A DNA stretch of 64,000 bases, from IMG/VR virus record IMGVR_UViG_3300042339_001064, positions 16,674 to 80,673 of that record. The stretch is one strand, 5' to 3'. This DNA comes from a virus. Lineage: Duplodnaviria > Caudoviricetes. Below, piece after piece: positions 47,333 to 57,776 of this stretch; position 1 is the first letter of the stretch; the number at the start of each line of letters is the position of its first letter. A model generated the notes under the pieces. It was not told the DNA's origin. It ran no database searches and saw nothing but the letters and a program-made list of their open reading frames with translations. Both the position numbers and the translations under genes were made by a program.

Positions 47333-48166
47333 TTAAAATGCAAATGGATTATCTGCTAATGTACTAGATTGAGTTTGAGAAGAAGTATTTGCTTTTATTT
47401 CTTCAGGATTAAATTCTTCTAAAGTTTCAGATATTGGAGCAATGTTACCAGAAAATCCACCATACTCTCCCATTAAAGCATCTATAATTTCTTTTGCACC
47501 TTTTCTATTAGGATTATCTCTCATAAATGCTTTAGAATAGATTTCCATATCATAGTAAGTATTGTTATCTACTTGTCTACTTTTAATACCACAATATACT
47601 TTAATAGTTTTATTATCTAAAACTAATTTTTGCAAATCAGCAAAATCTCCTTTAAATAAATTTTCTATTGGTAAGAAAATTTGAGGAGTATCTCCATCTT
47701 TCAAAGTATATTTAGATAAATCAGTTTCCCAATTCATAAGTTTAACAAAAAACTCAACTACTGTATCTTCTCCTTTAACACATTTTCTTGCATTTTCAGT
47801 ATAATACCAAGTTTTGTTTTTATTCAAAACAGACAAATCTTCTACATATGTAGCAAAACCTTGACCATTTATCATTTTAGTTTTGCCAGATCTAGCAACA
47901 TCATATCTACCTTCTAACCAAAAAGTTACTTTAGTTTTTACATCTACTGCAGGAAGCAAACCCCAAATATCTATTCTTAAAGACTTTACTTCTTGTCCTT
48001 CAACATTTTTAGTAGTTAAATATTGTGGCTCAGAAGTTATTTGTCTATTAAGAAAAGCACCCAAATCTTTTCCATTTGGGTTTACCATAATAGGTTGAAA
48101 AGATCCTACACCATAATATTTTTTAATTGCAGGAGTACTACTAGCTGTTTTTACGTTATTATTCAT
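47333..48166 (-). CDS. Putative single-stranded DNA-binding protein (crAss-type)
   Basis: 'YYGVGSF..IMVNP' N-terminus and flexible C-tail ending 'DNPFAF'; lies between the Sak4-like ATPase and primase. Confidence 0.6.
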   Translation of the reverse strand: MNNNVKTASSTPAIKKYYGVGSFQPIMVNPNGKDLGAFLNRQITSEPQYLTTKNVEGQEVKSLRIDIWGLLPAVDVKTKVTFWLEGRYDVARSGKTKMINGQGFATYVEDLSVLNKNKTWYYTENARKCVKGEDTVVEFFVKLMNWETDLSKYTLKDGDTPQIFLPIENLFKGDFADLQKLVLDNKTIKVYCGIKSRQVDNNTYYDMEIYSKAFMRDNPNRKGAKEIIDALMGEYGGFSGNIAPISETLEEFNPEEIKANTSSQTQSSTLADNPFAF

Positions 48167-48200
48167 ATAAATTTATATTATTTGTTTAAATTGTTAATTA

Positions 48201-48938
48201 TTAAATAAAAATTTGATTCCAAAAAGTTACAAGTTCATCTTTCTCATTAAGTTCAGAAATTTTAAACTCTTTATTTCTTAAATGTTTACTTCTAGATCCG
48301 CCTATTACATCATCTGTATGAGTAAAAGATAGTATATTACTATTTTTATTTTCAGGGTCTCTATACATATATCCAATTGCATCTACTCTTAAAGCTAATA
48401 AATCTTTGAGTTTACCTTCTAAATTTAATTCTTTAATAGTTTGACCAGATGAAGTTACTGATTTGTCAGACACATGCCCTACAACTATTAAAGTTTTACA
48501 GAACTTTGTAAAAAATTCCATAATTTTAAATAAAGCTTCTCTTTTATATACTTGACCTTTACCATAAGCTAACTTATCTACATCAAAATCAAGAGATTCA
48601 TTTTTATTTTCTTCTCTATTGTAAGATCTTACTGCTAACTGATTAAGAACTTTTTCTTTTAATGAAGTAACTGTATCAATAATAATATAATCATACTGAG
48701 GTTTTTGCTCAGAAAAAGCTTGTATAATTGTATCAAACTCATTGAGATTAGTCATATTAACTTTTGTACATTCATAAAAATCTGCACCACCTTCCATATC
48801 TAAAATAAGAGAATTAGATAACTGACTAAGTGCATGGGTTTTACCAGTTTTTTTCTGAGAAAAAATAACCATAGTTCTTGGATTAACTACAGTTGGTTGT
48901 TGGGGTTTTGTGGGTAATAAAAAATTTTCTTTACTCAT
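48201..48938 (-). CDS. AAA_24 / Sak4-like ATPase
   Basis: Walker A 'SQKKTGKT', 'LILDMEGG', Walker B 'IIIDTVT', 'YGKG' and 'VVGH'. Confidence 0.85.
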   Translation of the reverse strand: MSKENFLLPTKPQQPTVVNPRTMVIFSQKKTGKTHALSQLSNSLILDMEGGADFYECTKVNMTNLNEFDTIIQAFSEQKPQYDYIIIDTVTSLKEKVLNQLAVRSYNREENKNESLDFDVDKLAYGKGQVYKREALFKIMEFFTKFCKTLIVVGHVSDKSVTSSGQTIKELNLEGKLKDLLALRVDAIGYMYRDPENKNSNILSFTHTDDVIGGSRSKHLRNKEFKISELNEKDELVTFWNQIFI

Positions 48939-50049
48939 TTAAAATTTGATTTTTTTTATTTATAAAATTTGTAATTGCTAAACTATTTTTAGGTTCAGGT
49001 AAAGATTCAAAATTAAATCCTTTTGGATTAAAAAAGATAGGTTCAGCCACACCTGTTCTTCCAAACCTATTCTTACACATATGAATAGATCTAAAACAAT
49101 CTTCTAACCCATGAGATTTATCTGATTCTAAAATTTGATAACCATAATAATTGTTTAGTTTGTGTTTGTAAGGAGAAAATAATCCTAAAATAACTTGATA
49201 AGATCTAGCTACTTTTATATTATCTCCTAATTTTTGTGGCTCAGGTTCTAATCTACCTGCTTTAAAGTGATTTAAATCTCCTGCAGCCATTTGTTGTTGT
49301 TGAACACAACATATATGCCAGTTCCAATGTTTAGACATTTGTTTTCTAGCATATGAATTAACCATTCTGTCTATACTACCAGACAAATCCAATGGTATTC
49401 CTAAATCATTTTTTTCAGGTTCTAGAATGTTTACATTATCTATAACTACTGCTACAATTTCATTAGAATTATTAGGTTCATAATGACTATAAACCTCTAT
49501 TGGACCATCCTTAGTTTCAATTGTTTTGTTTATATGTTTGCCTCTAGAATAAGATAAATTCCTACATTGTTTATAAATACCTGTGGGATTTGATGTGCGG
49601 TCATCAAATATTATAAATTTTTTAACTAAGTTAAAATAATCTTGAATTATATTAGATTCTATTAACTTAATAGTTTCTTCATCTAAAGGATTAATTCTTG
49701 ATAATAATTCATCTTGAGTTTTATTGACATTGTAATATTTAGCTAAAGCATACTGAATAATACTAATCTCAAATTCTTCTACTGATTCTTCTAGACCAAA
49801 CCAATAACAAACATAATCTAAATCAGATTGGTTTTTTAATGACAATATATAATCTGCTACACTAAATACATAAATATATTTAGCTAAAGAGGTTTTACCA
49901 ACAGAAGTTTCTGCAGTAATACATACTAATGCTCCAGGAAAAATACCACTAAAATATTTTTTCATACCATTAAAAGGATTGGGAATACAATTAATGTATC
50001 CTTCAATAACTTTTTGTTTATTTTCCTTAATTGTTTGTAGAACTTCCAT
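48931..50049 (-). CDS. DnaB-like replicative helicase
   Basis: Walker A 'AETSVGKT', 'LEES', 'VVIDNV', 'VQQQ', 'LGLFSP' and 'KNRFG'. Confidence 0.85.
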   Translation of the reverse strand: MEVLQTIKENKQKVIEGYINCIPNPFNGMKKYFSGIFPGALVCITAETSVGKTSLAKYIYVFSVADYILSLKNQSDLDYVCYWFGLEESVEEFEISIIQYALAKYYNVNKTQDELLSRINPLDEETIKLIESNIIQDYFNLVKKFIIFDDRTSNPTGIYKQCRNLSYSRGKHINKTIETKDGPIEVYSHYEPNNSNEIVAVVIDNVNILEPEKNDLGIPLDLSGSIDRMVNSYARKQMSKHWNWHICCVQQQQMAAGDLNHFKAGRLEPEPQKLGDNIKVARSYQVILGLFSPYKHKLNNYYGYQILESDKSHGLEDCFRSIHMCKNRFGRTGVAEPIFFNPKGFNFESLPEPKNSLAITNFINKKNQILNE

Positions 50050-50549
50050 TAGAATATTAATTTATCATTTTTAATAAATACTCCTTTTTGCATTTCTAGT
50101 ATATTGTCTAAAAGCAAACTTCCACCATTTTTTTCTATAAAGTATTGGGCATCAAGGGAGAAGGCAAGATTTCCATTATCTCTAATGTTTTGATGGTAAA
50201 AGTCTACTGCTCTTAAAATTTCATCAAAAGATGTTTTATATTTATTAATAAATACTTCTAGCTTTTTTTTAATTAAAGATTTTGGACTAAAAGATACTTT
50301 ATTAATACCTAACATAGTTTGAGTAAATTTTTCATAATAATTTTCAACAAAATCATCAGTTATTTCACTTACATATTTTGTTCCGTTAAGTACATTTAAA
50401 CCTAAATTTGTTATTTCAAAATTAGATAAATCTGTGTTTGATTCATTATTATCAATAAATCGTATTAATCCATTCCTTAATAAAGGGTTTGGAAATTTAC
50501 ATTTAGGATAATTGATTAATAATTTACCTACTGTTTCTTCTGTAATCAT
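50049..50549 (-). CDS. Hypothetical protein (possible helicase loader/replication initiator)
   Basis: 166-aa ORF coupled to the helicase gene; function is inferred from position only. Confidence 0.45.
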   Translation of the reverse strand: MITEETVGKLLINYPKCKFPNPLLRNGLIRFIDNNESNTDLSNFEITNLGLNVLNGTKYVSEITDDFVENYYEKFTQTMLGINKVSFSPKSLIKKKLEVFINKYKTSFDEILRAVDFYHQNIRDNGNLAFSLDAQYFIEKNGGSLLLDNILEMQKGVFIKNDKLIF

Positions 50550-50590
50550 TTATAATTTAATCAATTGGTTTGAATAATTTTAAATAACAT

Positions 50591-50809
50591 TTACTCACAT
50601 TCTTGACAAACTTTTTTGTATTCAAGATTAGCTAAATGTTGAGAGTACAAAGATACAAAAATTTCGTAATTGTTTATCAATGTATCTACATTTTCTTTAT
50701 TATTTTTTTTATCTAAAATAAATAATTCTGGTAACATACTAAAATTACTTTTTTTATTTCTAAGTAAATTAGCGGTATCCTTCAAATTGTTTTGGGTTGC
50801 TTGTAACAT
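50591..50809 (-). CDS. Hypothetical protein (start uncertain, possibly 50737)
   Basis: Short ORF ending in CxxC that overlaps the upstream gene. Confidence 0.4.
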   Translation of the reverse strand: MLQATQNNLKDTANLLRNKKSNFSMLPELFILDKKNNKENVDTLINNYEIFVSLYSQHLANLEYKKVCQECE

Positions 50810-51155
50810 AAAATTTATAAATTTCTAAAAAAAACTTCCAATCCATAGAAGCAATGTCTGTTCTACCCATTTTATGTCTTAAAATAAAAGGATTTTTATG
50901 TATTAAGTCATTTTTTGGATAATTTTTTTCTAATAATTCTTTGCTTTCATCCCTTAAAACATCCCATTTAGGTCTATTATTTAAATAACCCATTTTGCAT
51001 TGAATATTTAAAGGTAAAAAAGCTAAATCTATTTTACAACTATCAAGTAAATGAGATGCATTTCTTGAAGTCTTTGCTTTTGGGAAAATATCTCTTAGAT
51101 CTTTTACAGTTAATTGTTCTAATAGATGTCCCTTTCTTCTTTGTTTATTACTCAT
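50769..51155 (-). CDS. Holliday junction resolvase-like PD-(D/E)xK nuclease
   Basis: 'RRKGHLLE', 'TSR', 'KIDL' and 'NIQCK' pattern of phage HJ resolvases. Confidence 0.7.
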   Translation of the reverse strand: MSNKQRRKGHLLEQLTVKDLRDIFPKAKTSRNASHLLDSCKIDLAFLPLNIQCKMGYLNNRPKWDVLRDESKELLEKNYPKNDLIHKNPFILRHKMGRTDIASMDWKFFLEIYKFYVTSNPKQFEGYR

Positions 51156-51200
51156 TAGTTTTTCATATTTTTTATTTTAAAAGTTATTAATTTTTTTATA

Positions 51201-53231
51201 CTATTTAGCTGCGTACCAAGATTCTGCTACATTAGCATCTGCACTCATAAATAAGACTGGATTAGTTAAAAATAAATTACCTCCATTAATCATGCTTTGT
51301 TCTAAAATAACTTTATATTTATCACATAAAGAATCTTTTACTTCTAGGACAATCTCATCATGAATAACATTAGCAATTCTAACATTCCAGTAGTCATTAT
51401 TTTTTTCTATTTCATTAAATAACAATACAGTAGCATATTTAGTTTGGTGTGCTGCAGTTCCTTGAGTTGGTGCATTTAAACATAATCTAAGATATTGAGA
51501 TTTTAAAGTAAAGTAATCACTTATTTTATGTTTATTACTTAAAAATAATTCATAAGCAGCATAATTTTTAACTTCATAATAATCAAATACTTTGTCTGCT
51601 TCTTTTTTATTTTTATATTCTGCTTTACCTAACCTATAAGTTTCCCAAAAATTATTATCAAATTTTAAAATATCAGCATGTGCAGACATAAAATATTTAT
51701 AATTAGGTAATCTAAGTTTAAATCCTAAAGCATATTCAATATATCCTTTATTAATAGCTTCTTTTAATTTATTATTACCATACTCATAAATACCAGAATG
51801 TAATTGTTTAAATAAACTTTCAATTCGCATACCTTCTTCTATAGGTAAGCCTTCATTTAGTGCTAAAGTATAACCCGTACCACCAAATTGAAAGCAAAAT
51901 CTTGGACCCTTAGAAGCATTTCTTTTAGCTTTATGTTCTTTAATAATTTCTGCATCAGTTAAATCTTTTATTTCAGGATATAAAACTCTGGCAAATGCAC
52001 AATGCAAATCTTTTTTATCTACAATAGATTCAATCATAGCAAAATCTCCTGTAATATCAGCACCTACAATTGTTTCTTGACCTGCATAATCTGCTACTAT
52101 AATTTTATAACCATTATTAGCTATAAAACATTCTCTTGTTTCTTTAGTTGCAGGAAAATTTAAAAAGTTTATTTCTCCTTTTCTTGAAGAAATTCTAGCA
52201 GTATCTAATATAGGGTTAAATCTAGTATATATTCTATTATCAGGTTGTATTTTATTTAAAATACTACTACCAAAAGTGGTTACATTATGTTCATTTTCTT
52301 TAAAATTTAACCATAATTTTACAAATTCATGTTTAGATTTAGATAAAACAGTTTTTTCTATACTTTCTTTAACAACTCCTTTTTCATCTACTTCAACATT
52401 AATACCTAAATCTTTAAATATAGGTATCATTTGTTGAGAAGAAGATAATAAACAATTAATTTTTTTTTCAGTAGAAAATAATTCTAATTGTAAATTTCTA
52501 TATTTAGGAAGGTTATCAAAAATATATTCTTTGACTATATATTCAGCTTCTTTATATTTTTTATAGTCAATATCCATTTTGTTTTGCCAAGCATCTTTAG
52601 ATAAAGGCAATCCACATAATTGAATATAAGTTAAAGCTCTTATATGGCTACAATGTAAAACATAAGTTTCTAAAGCATTATAATCTGTTAATTTTTCTAA
52701 ATATTTATTATGTAAGTCTATTAGTTTATCTACGTCATTAAAACAATATTCAATAGTTGAAGGTTGAGATAATTGAACTGTAGCTATATTACCTTGTTCA
52801 GTTTTATCATAATAAATATTTAATTCCCTATTCATACATTCTTTAAAAGAATTTCTTATAGAAGGATCTCCATTATAATAAATCATAGAAGCTAACATTG
52901 TATCTCTTACATTTTTTAAAAAATAGTTTTTTACAAAAAAGAAAGATAAATCAAATGCTGCATTATGAAATATTATTATTTTGTTTTCAATAAAAAGTAT
53001 TACTTCTTGTAAAAGAATAATATTGTCTTTATGAGTTTGTAAATCTATAAGATAGTTATTAGTGCCAGTACCTATTTGTATTGAAAATATAGAGTCTGTA
53101 AATGGATCAAATCCTGTAGTTTCTGTATCTAATGCAATAGTTTCAGGTAAAACCATATCTTCTAAAGAACAGTAATTATAATCACCTATTTTCTTAAAAA
53201 ATTGCTGATTTCTAGTTATTATATAATTCAT
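51201..53231 (-). CDS. polA: DNA polymerase family A with 3'-5' exonuclease
   Basis: ExoI 'LDTETTG', ExoII 'HNAAFD', ExoIII 'YCFNDV'; motif A 'ADYAGQE', motif B 'RNASKGPRF', 'NAPTQGTAA', motif C 'IHDE'. Confidence 0.93.
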   Translation of the reverse strand: MNYIITRNQQFFKKIGDYNYCSLEDMVLPETIALDTETTGFDPFTDSIFSIQIGTGTNNYLIDLQTHKDNIILLQEVILFIENKIIIFHNAAFDLSFFFVKNYFLKNVRDTMLASMIYYNGDPSIRNSFKECMNRELNIYYDKTEQGNIATVQLSQPSTIEYCFNDVDKLIDLHNKYLEKLTDYNALETYVLHCSHIRALTYIQLCGLPLSKDAWQNKMDIDYKKYKEAEYIVKEYIFDNLPKYRNLQLELFSTEKKINCLLSSSQQMIPIFKDLGINVEVDEKGVVKESIEKTVLSKSKHEFVKLWLNFKENEHNVTTFGSSILNKIQPDNRIYTRFNPILDTARISSRKGEINFLNFPATKETRECFIANNGYKIIVADYAGQETIVGADITGDFAMIESIVDKKDLHCAFARVLYPEIKDLTDAEIIKEHKAKRNASKGPRFCFQFGGTGYTLALNEGLPIEEGMRIESLFKQLHSGIYEYGNNKLKEAINKGYIEYALGFKLRLPNYKYFMSAHADILKFDNNFWETYRLGKAEYKNKKEADKVFDYYEVKNYAAYELFLSNKHKISDYFTLKSQYLRLCLNAPTQGTAAHQTKYATVLLFNEIEKNNDYWNVRIANVIHDEIVLEVKDSLCDKYKVILEQSMINGGNLFLTNPVLFMSADANVAESWYAAK

Positions 53232-53803
53232 TAGATAAATTGTTTTAATATTTGAAAATCTTTAGCATCAATTACTTGTGCATTATTTATACTATAAGTT
53301 TCTTTTTCTTTAGAAAGTTTTAAGAAAGGATAAGGTATATCTTCTACATTTAATTCTGCTTGCATTATCTCATATAAACCTTGCTTACTAATTAATTTAT
53401 TTACAAATGCACTAACAGTATCTACAGAAGTTAATAATGACATATTTAAATATAATCCTTTTTTTAATAATTGTATATGATTATCAAAGTCTTCATTATC
53501 AGGTTTAACAGTAAATACATGACCAATATCATCTTCATAATAATCAATAGTTTCTGGGATTTCTTCTAAGACCTCTAAAATAGTTAATTTTTTTTTATTA
53601 TAAAGAATATTATCACTATATTTTATATTTTTTTTAAATACTAAATAAATAACATTACTAGAATAAGTATATTCAATTTCTTCATTAAATAAATAAGAAT
53701 TAATTAAATTTTCAGTATGCAAATATGTTAAAATAGACAAATTATTAGCTATTTTTTTAAAAATATTTATATGATTTAATAAAAATAAAGAAGTCTGAGT
53801 CAT
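53231..53803 (-). CDS. Hypothetical protein (likely start MTQTSLF at 53803)
   Basis: The ORF-track start at 53887 overlaps the upstream gene by 65 nt; the internal ATG at 53803 follows an A-rich spacer. Confidence 0.55.
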   Translation of the reverse strand: MTQTSLFLLNHINIFKKIANNLSILTYLHTENLINSYLFNEEIEYTYSSNVIYLVFKKNIKYSDNILYNKKKLTILEVLEEIPETIDYYEDDIGHVFTVKPDNEDFDNHIQLLKKGLYLNMSLLTSVDTVSAFVNKLISKQGLYEIMQAELNVEDIPYPFLKLSKEKETYSINNAQVIDAKDFQILKQFI

Positions 53804-53822
53804 TTTTAACTCTTCTAATTCT

Positions 53823-54698
53823 TTAAAAAATTGGGGCTTCTGAGGATACTTCAATATCTTTCCATTCATTTTTAATATATTTTTCAATTAAATCTAAGGC
53901 ATCATCAATTAATATTTTACCCTCTATTTCATCACGATATGATAAAGGATAAATTAAAGGTTCATCTACTTTTAAAGAATTACATACTACCCAATGAAAA
54001 GGTCTTAAAGTATAGTTACTATAATTATTTTTTTCCATAAAATCCTCTATACCCATTAAATAAAGTTTACCTTGTAAATGATAAAAATATTTTTTAACAC
54101 TATCAGGAAACTTTGGAGGGTAACTACTAGATTTTAAATCTGTTACAATTATTTCTTTATTAACATGATCTATTCTTAAATAATCTAATTTAATAAATAT
54201 GTTAAAGTCTCTATATTTAAAACTATATTCAAATTGAGCTTGACCACTAGAAAATAAATATAAAGCCTGTTCATCTTTTAATAAATAATTTCCAATTTCT
54301 TGACCTAAATCATAGTTTGGTTTTAATATTTTATTTTTTGGATCTTTATAGTATTCTATATAATCTTGATACTCTAAAATTGTATCTAACATTTTTTGAT
54401 AATTTTTAGACTTAACTTCCATTGCTTGGCTTGCTTCTTCTACACAAACTAAGTCAAATTCTTTTTTATTATCAATAATGTATTCTATAATAGACTTTGG
54501 TTGAGGTTTAGGAATTAATATATCTAATATTGATTCTGTAAATTCTTCTTTAAATACTGTTTTATCTATAACAGTTCCTTTTTCTAAAGCATTAGATTTT
54601 CTATAAACAGGGTTTAGAAAAGAATCTTTACCTTCTTTTATTAATCTAGTTAGAGAAGAATAACTTAATCTAGATGTTTCTTTGTTAAATGTTGTCAT
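53823..54698 (-). CDS. PD-(D/E)xK exonuclease (RecE/exonuclease VIII-like)
   Basis: 'LSYSSL', 'KGTVID', 'IKLDYL', 'VTDLKSS' and 'YHLQGKLY'. Confidence 0.8.
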   Translation of the reverse strand: MTTFNKETSRLSYSSLTRLIKEGKDSFLNPVYRKSNALEKGTVIDKTVFKEEFTESILDILIPKPQPKSIIEYIIDNKKEFDLVCVEEASQAMEVKSKNYQKMLDTILEYQDYIEYYKDPKNKILKPNYDLGQEIGNYLLKDEQALYLFSSGQAQFEYSFKYRDFNIFIKLDYLRIDHVNKEIIVTDLKSSSYPPKFPDSVKKYFYHLQGKLYLMGIEDFMEKNNYSNYTLRPFHWVVCNSLKVDEPLIYPLSYRDEIEGKILIDDALDLIEKYIKNEWKDIEVSSEAPIF

Positions 54699-54700
54699 AA

Positions 54701-55741
54701 TTAAATATTAATTATTTTTATTTGTTTAAAATTTTCCATACCATTTAGTACCCACTTTTCTTCTACTGTATCTTTTGCTACAATAAAGAAAATTTTTGAT
54801 AAATCATCTACAGTTAGTCTTAAAAATCTACCTATTAGTTGTTGCTTAGAAGAAGTTGAACTATCTATTCCTAATACAAACCCACATTTTAAATGAGGAA
54901 TACTAACAGATTCTTTTAAAATACCTACATTTACTAACTTTTCTTTTTTTGATTTATAAAAATTATTATATATCTTAATTTTTTTTTCTTTATCCAAAGA
55001 AGAATTATATACAGGAAAATTAAATAAATTACTTTGCTCTATAGATCCAGCATAAATTAATATTTTTTTATCTTGTAATTCTTTATCAATAATTTTATTT
55101 GTTATACTAACTTTACTTTTTAAATTATTTAAAAAAATCTTTAATTTATTTAATTCTGGGCAATAATGTTTAACCATAGGAGCATTTAAATATCTCTTAT
55201 AATAATATTTATATAATGCTTTTTCATCTTCAGGTAAATCATACTTTAAAATATACATTTCAAAGTTATTTAACATTTTTTCTTCAATAGCATCATGCAT
55301 TAAATATTTATAAGATATAGGTAAGATATTATAAATAGGATGGTTTAATAATGGGGTACCAGTTAATCCTATAATTTCAATATTAGAATTAATTTTTATA
55401 AGTTTTAATAACTCATAATAAACTTTAGTTGTTTCTTTGTGAGCTTCATCATAAATAATTAAATCATAGTGTTTTATATAGTTATGTAAAGACTTATTAC
55501 ATATCATATCTATATTTTCTTTACTACAATTCCATTTTGTTAATTCTGATAAAAAGTTTGTAGAATAAATTTCTCTAGCACCTGTAAATAAAATTTTAGC
55601 ACAAGGGTTTGTTTCCCTTATGCTAAAAATTCTATCTATTGCAATTTTTGTCTTACCCATACCCACAGACAATCCAATAATAGATCTACAATTGTTTGAT
55701 ATGTGGGCTTGAATTGCTTGTTGTTGAATATTATCTATCAT
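54701..55741 (-). CDS. Superfamily 2 helicase (DEAH)
   Basis: 'GMGKT', 'DEAH', 'GLTGTP' and 'QLIGRFLR'. Confidence 0.9.
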   Translation of the reverse strand: MIDNIQQQAIQAHISNNCRSIIGLSVGMGKTKIAIDRIFSIRETNPCAKILFTGAREIYSTNFLSELTKWNCSKENIDMICNKSLHNYIKHYDLIIYDEAHKETTKVYYELLKLIKINSNIEIIGLTGTPLLNHPIYNILPISYKYLMHDAIEEKMLNNFEMYILKYDLPEDEKALYKYYYKRYLNAPMVKHYCPELNKLKIFLNNLKSKVSITNKIIDKELQDKKILIYAGSIEQSNLFNFPVYNSSLDKEKKIKIYNNFYKSKKEKLVNVGILKESVSIPHLKCGFVLGIDSSTSSKQQLIGRFLRLTVDDLSKIFFIVAKDTVEEKWVLNGMENFKQIKIINI

Positions 55742-55947
55742 TAAAGCTTGGCAGTTAATAAATCAGAGATTATTTTACATTCATCTAATTCAGAGTTTAA
55801 TCTTTCAAAGCTTTCTTTATAGAATAATAATTCTCTTTTTAATTGTTCAAAGTCTTCTTGTAATAAATAAGTTCCTTTAGTAATTTCTTCTAAAGATCCT
55901 TCATTATTTTTAATAAAAAACGGTTTTATTGTAAAGTAATTAAGCAT
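55741..55947 (-). CDS. Hypothetical protein
   Basis: 68-aa ORF, translationally coupled, with a coiled-coil. Confidence 0.55.
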   Translation of the reverse strand: MLNYFTIKPFFIKNNEGSLEEITKGTYLLQEDFEQLKRELLFYKESFERLNSELDECKIISDLLTAKL

Positions 55948-56254
55948 TTGTATTATTTATTTTTTCTGTGATTTGTAAAAATTTATTATAATGAATTTTA
56001 ATTAATAAATCCACAATAATATCATTTAATTTGTTATTTTTCTTTGAAGCATATTCTAATAATTTTGCAAACATTAAAGCATCATTTTCAGATTTAGTTT
56101 GTATAGATATGCCAAAGATTTTTGGGCAAATAACTGTAGAAAACACCACTACTTTATCTGCTTCGCTAATATAATCCATTAAATCTATACTTGTTCTTAT
56201 TTTAACAAGTCTATTTAATGATTGATTGTTAAAAAGTTCTACAAGATAATACAT
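55940..56254 (-). CDS. Hypothetical protein
   Basis: 104-aa ORF in a tightly packed operon. Confidence 0.55.
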   Translation of the reverse strand: MYYLVELFNNQSLNRLVKIRTSIDLMDYISEADKVVVFSTVICPKIFGISIQTKSENDALMFAKLLEYASKKNNKLNDIIVDLLIKIHYNKFLQITEKINNTNA

Positions 56255-56256
56255 AA

Positions 56257-56475
56257 TTAAATTTCTAATTTTAAGATATTTAATCCATATAAAGCCAATA
56301 ATAACATATCATTTTTAGAAAAATGCCTAATAGTTTTAGTTGGCTTAGGAGTAGGAACTTCTTTTACTTTTAATTCATGTTTAGCTTTTATATAGCCAAC
56401 TCTGTGAGTATCTGCATAAGATAAAATTTCTCTACAGCTAATGTCTTTTTTTAATTTTTCTGAATAGTAATGCAT
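56257..56475 (-). CDS. Hypothetical protein
   Basis: 72-aa ORF in a tightly packed operon. Confidence 0.55.
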   Translation of the reverse strand: MHYYSEKLKKDISCREILSYADTHRVGYIKAKHELKVKEVPTPKPTKTIRHFSKNDMLLLALYGLNILKLEI

Positions 56476-56511
56476 AATGTTAATAATTTAATTTGTTAAT
56501 AGTTAATTTAT

Positions 56512-57156
56512 TTATTTGTAATAAGGTAGTCTATAATGTATAACTCCACCTGTGTATTCTTTATGTACTAATTGCCAATTTTTATATTTTTCGAATAAAA
56601 AATCAAGATAAATGCACATTACCTTCACTTGTTTAGCTTCATTAAACCTACCAGATATATCCATTCCTCCTTTCTTACACATAGCATTCCAAGTACCATT
56701 TATAAATTGGAACATACCTTGAGCAGATGAACTAGAGTTTTTAGCATTTAAATTCAATCTGGATTCTTTAAATGCAATATACCATAATAAGTTATGTGGA
56801 CAATGGTGAGAATTAATTAAATCTTTATATTTAAAATATAAAGAATGTAATTTATTTTCTTCTTGTTTAGACATAGTTAAAGGTAAACTTTTTCTAAAAT
56901 CTTTCCACTCAATTGCAGTGTCTTGATCTTTAACTTCTAAATGTTGGATAATTTGATTTTTTGTTTGTAATATTTTTACTGTAGAAATATATTTAAAGTT
57001 AATATCAAGGTTATTAGTTAATAATTTACCGATAATAATTAAATTAAATATAATTGAAATATATAATACATATAACCATTTACCTACTTTAAAAGTTAAA
57101 GTATCTTTATCATAATAATAAAGATTAGTTTTATTTAATAATTTGTTTAAAGTCAT
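56512..57156 (-). CDS. Membrane-anchored lytic transglycosylase (SLT fold)
   Basis: N-terminal TM helix; 'IAFKESRLN' (catalytic E), 'SSAQGMFQFINGTW' and 'YLDFL...Y' SLT motifs. Confidence 0.85.
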   Translation of the reverse strand: MTLNKLLNKTNLYYYDKDTLTFKVGKWLYVLYISIIFNLIIIGKLLTNNLDINFKYISTVKILQTKNQIIQHLEVKDQDTAIEWKDFRKSLPLTMSKQEENKLHSLYFKYKDLINSHHCPHNLLWYIAFKESRLNLNAKNSSSSAQGMFQFINGTWNAMCKKGGMDISGRFNEAKQVKVMCIYLDFLFEKYKNWQLVHKEYTGGVIHYRLPYYK

Positions 57157-57172
57157 AACTTTTATTTAATTT

Positions 57173-57532
57173 TTATAGTTCTGCTTCAAAAGAACAACTG
57201 CCATTGGCAATAATACAATCTCTAATTTTAATTCCTAATCCAAGATCTGCATAATTTTGTAATTCATCTCTAGATACACCAAGTTCTACAATATCTTTAT
57301 CAGTATATCCTGTTTGCTTATCAAAAAAATCATCTAAAATTTGTTTCTTTTTTCCTAGTGAATGTTCAATATTTAATATTTCTTCTTCTATTTCTACTAA
57401 ATTTTCTTCAGTAAAATAGTATTGCAACTCACTTGGTTGCACTCCTTCCACACCAAATCTATCTGCAGCATCACTACTTTGTAAAGCAAACCAAAATTTG
57501 CCTTCTATGTCTCCTGAATAATATCTTCCCAT
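57173..57532 (-). CDS. Conserved phage hypothetical protein
   Basis: 'MGRYYSGDIEGKFWFALQSS...YADLGLG..I..C...C.FEAEL'. Confidence 0.65.
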   Translation of the reverse strand: MGRYYSGDIEGKFWFALQSSDAADRFGVEGVQPSELQYYFTEENLVEIEEEILNIEHSLGKKKQILDDFFDKQTGYTDKDIVELGVSRDELQNYADLGLGIKIRDCIIANGSCSFEAEL

Positions 57533-57537
57533 AATTT

Positions 57538-57759
57538 TTAATTGTTTAAATTGTTATTACTAATTTTACTAATGTACATATAATCTTTTAATTTTTCTAA
57601 AGGTATTTTTCCATATTCAGTTGAACTATAATAACCTTGAAATTTATATCTTTTTTTCCATTGATTAAAAGCTTTAAGTGCTTTTTCTTTAGAAGAATAA
57701 TAAGGATTATGAAAATCAATAGTAAATTTATCTGGACTTAATACTTGAAATTTTTCCAT
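57538..57759 (-). CDS. Hypothetical protein
   Basis: 73-aa ORF with 'QWKKRYKFQGYYSS'. Confidence 0.6.
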   Translation of the reverse strand: MEKFQVLSPDKFTIDFHNPYYSSKEKALKAFNQWKKRYKFQGYYSSTEYGKIPLEKLKDYMYISKISNNNLNN

Positions 57760-57776
57760 AATTTTTAATTGTTTAT

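Noticed and set aside
41235-53231. Inteins or group I introns in nrdA, dnaB or polA
   Set aside because: The genes are compact and uninterrupted, with no C/S...HN splice motifs or homing endonuclease ORFs.
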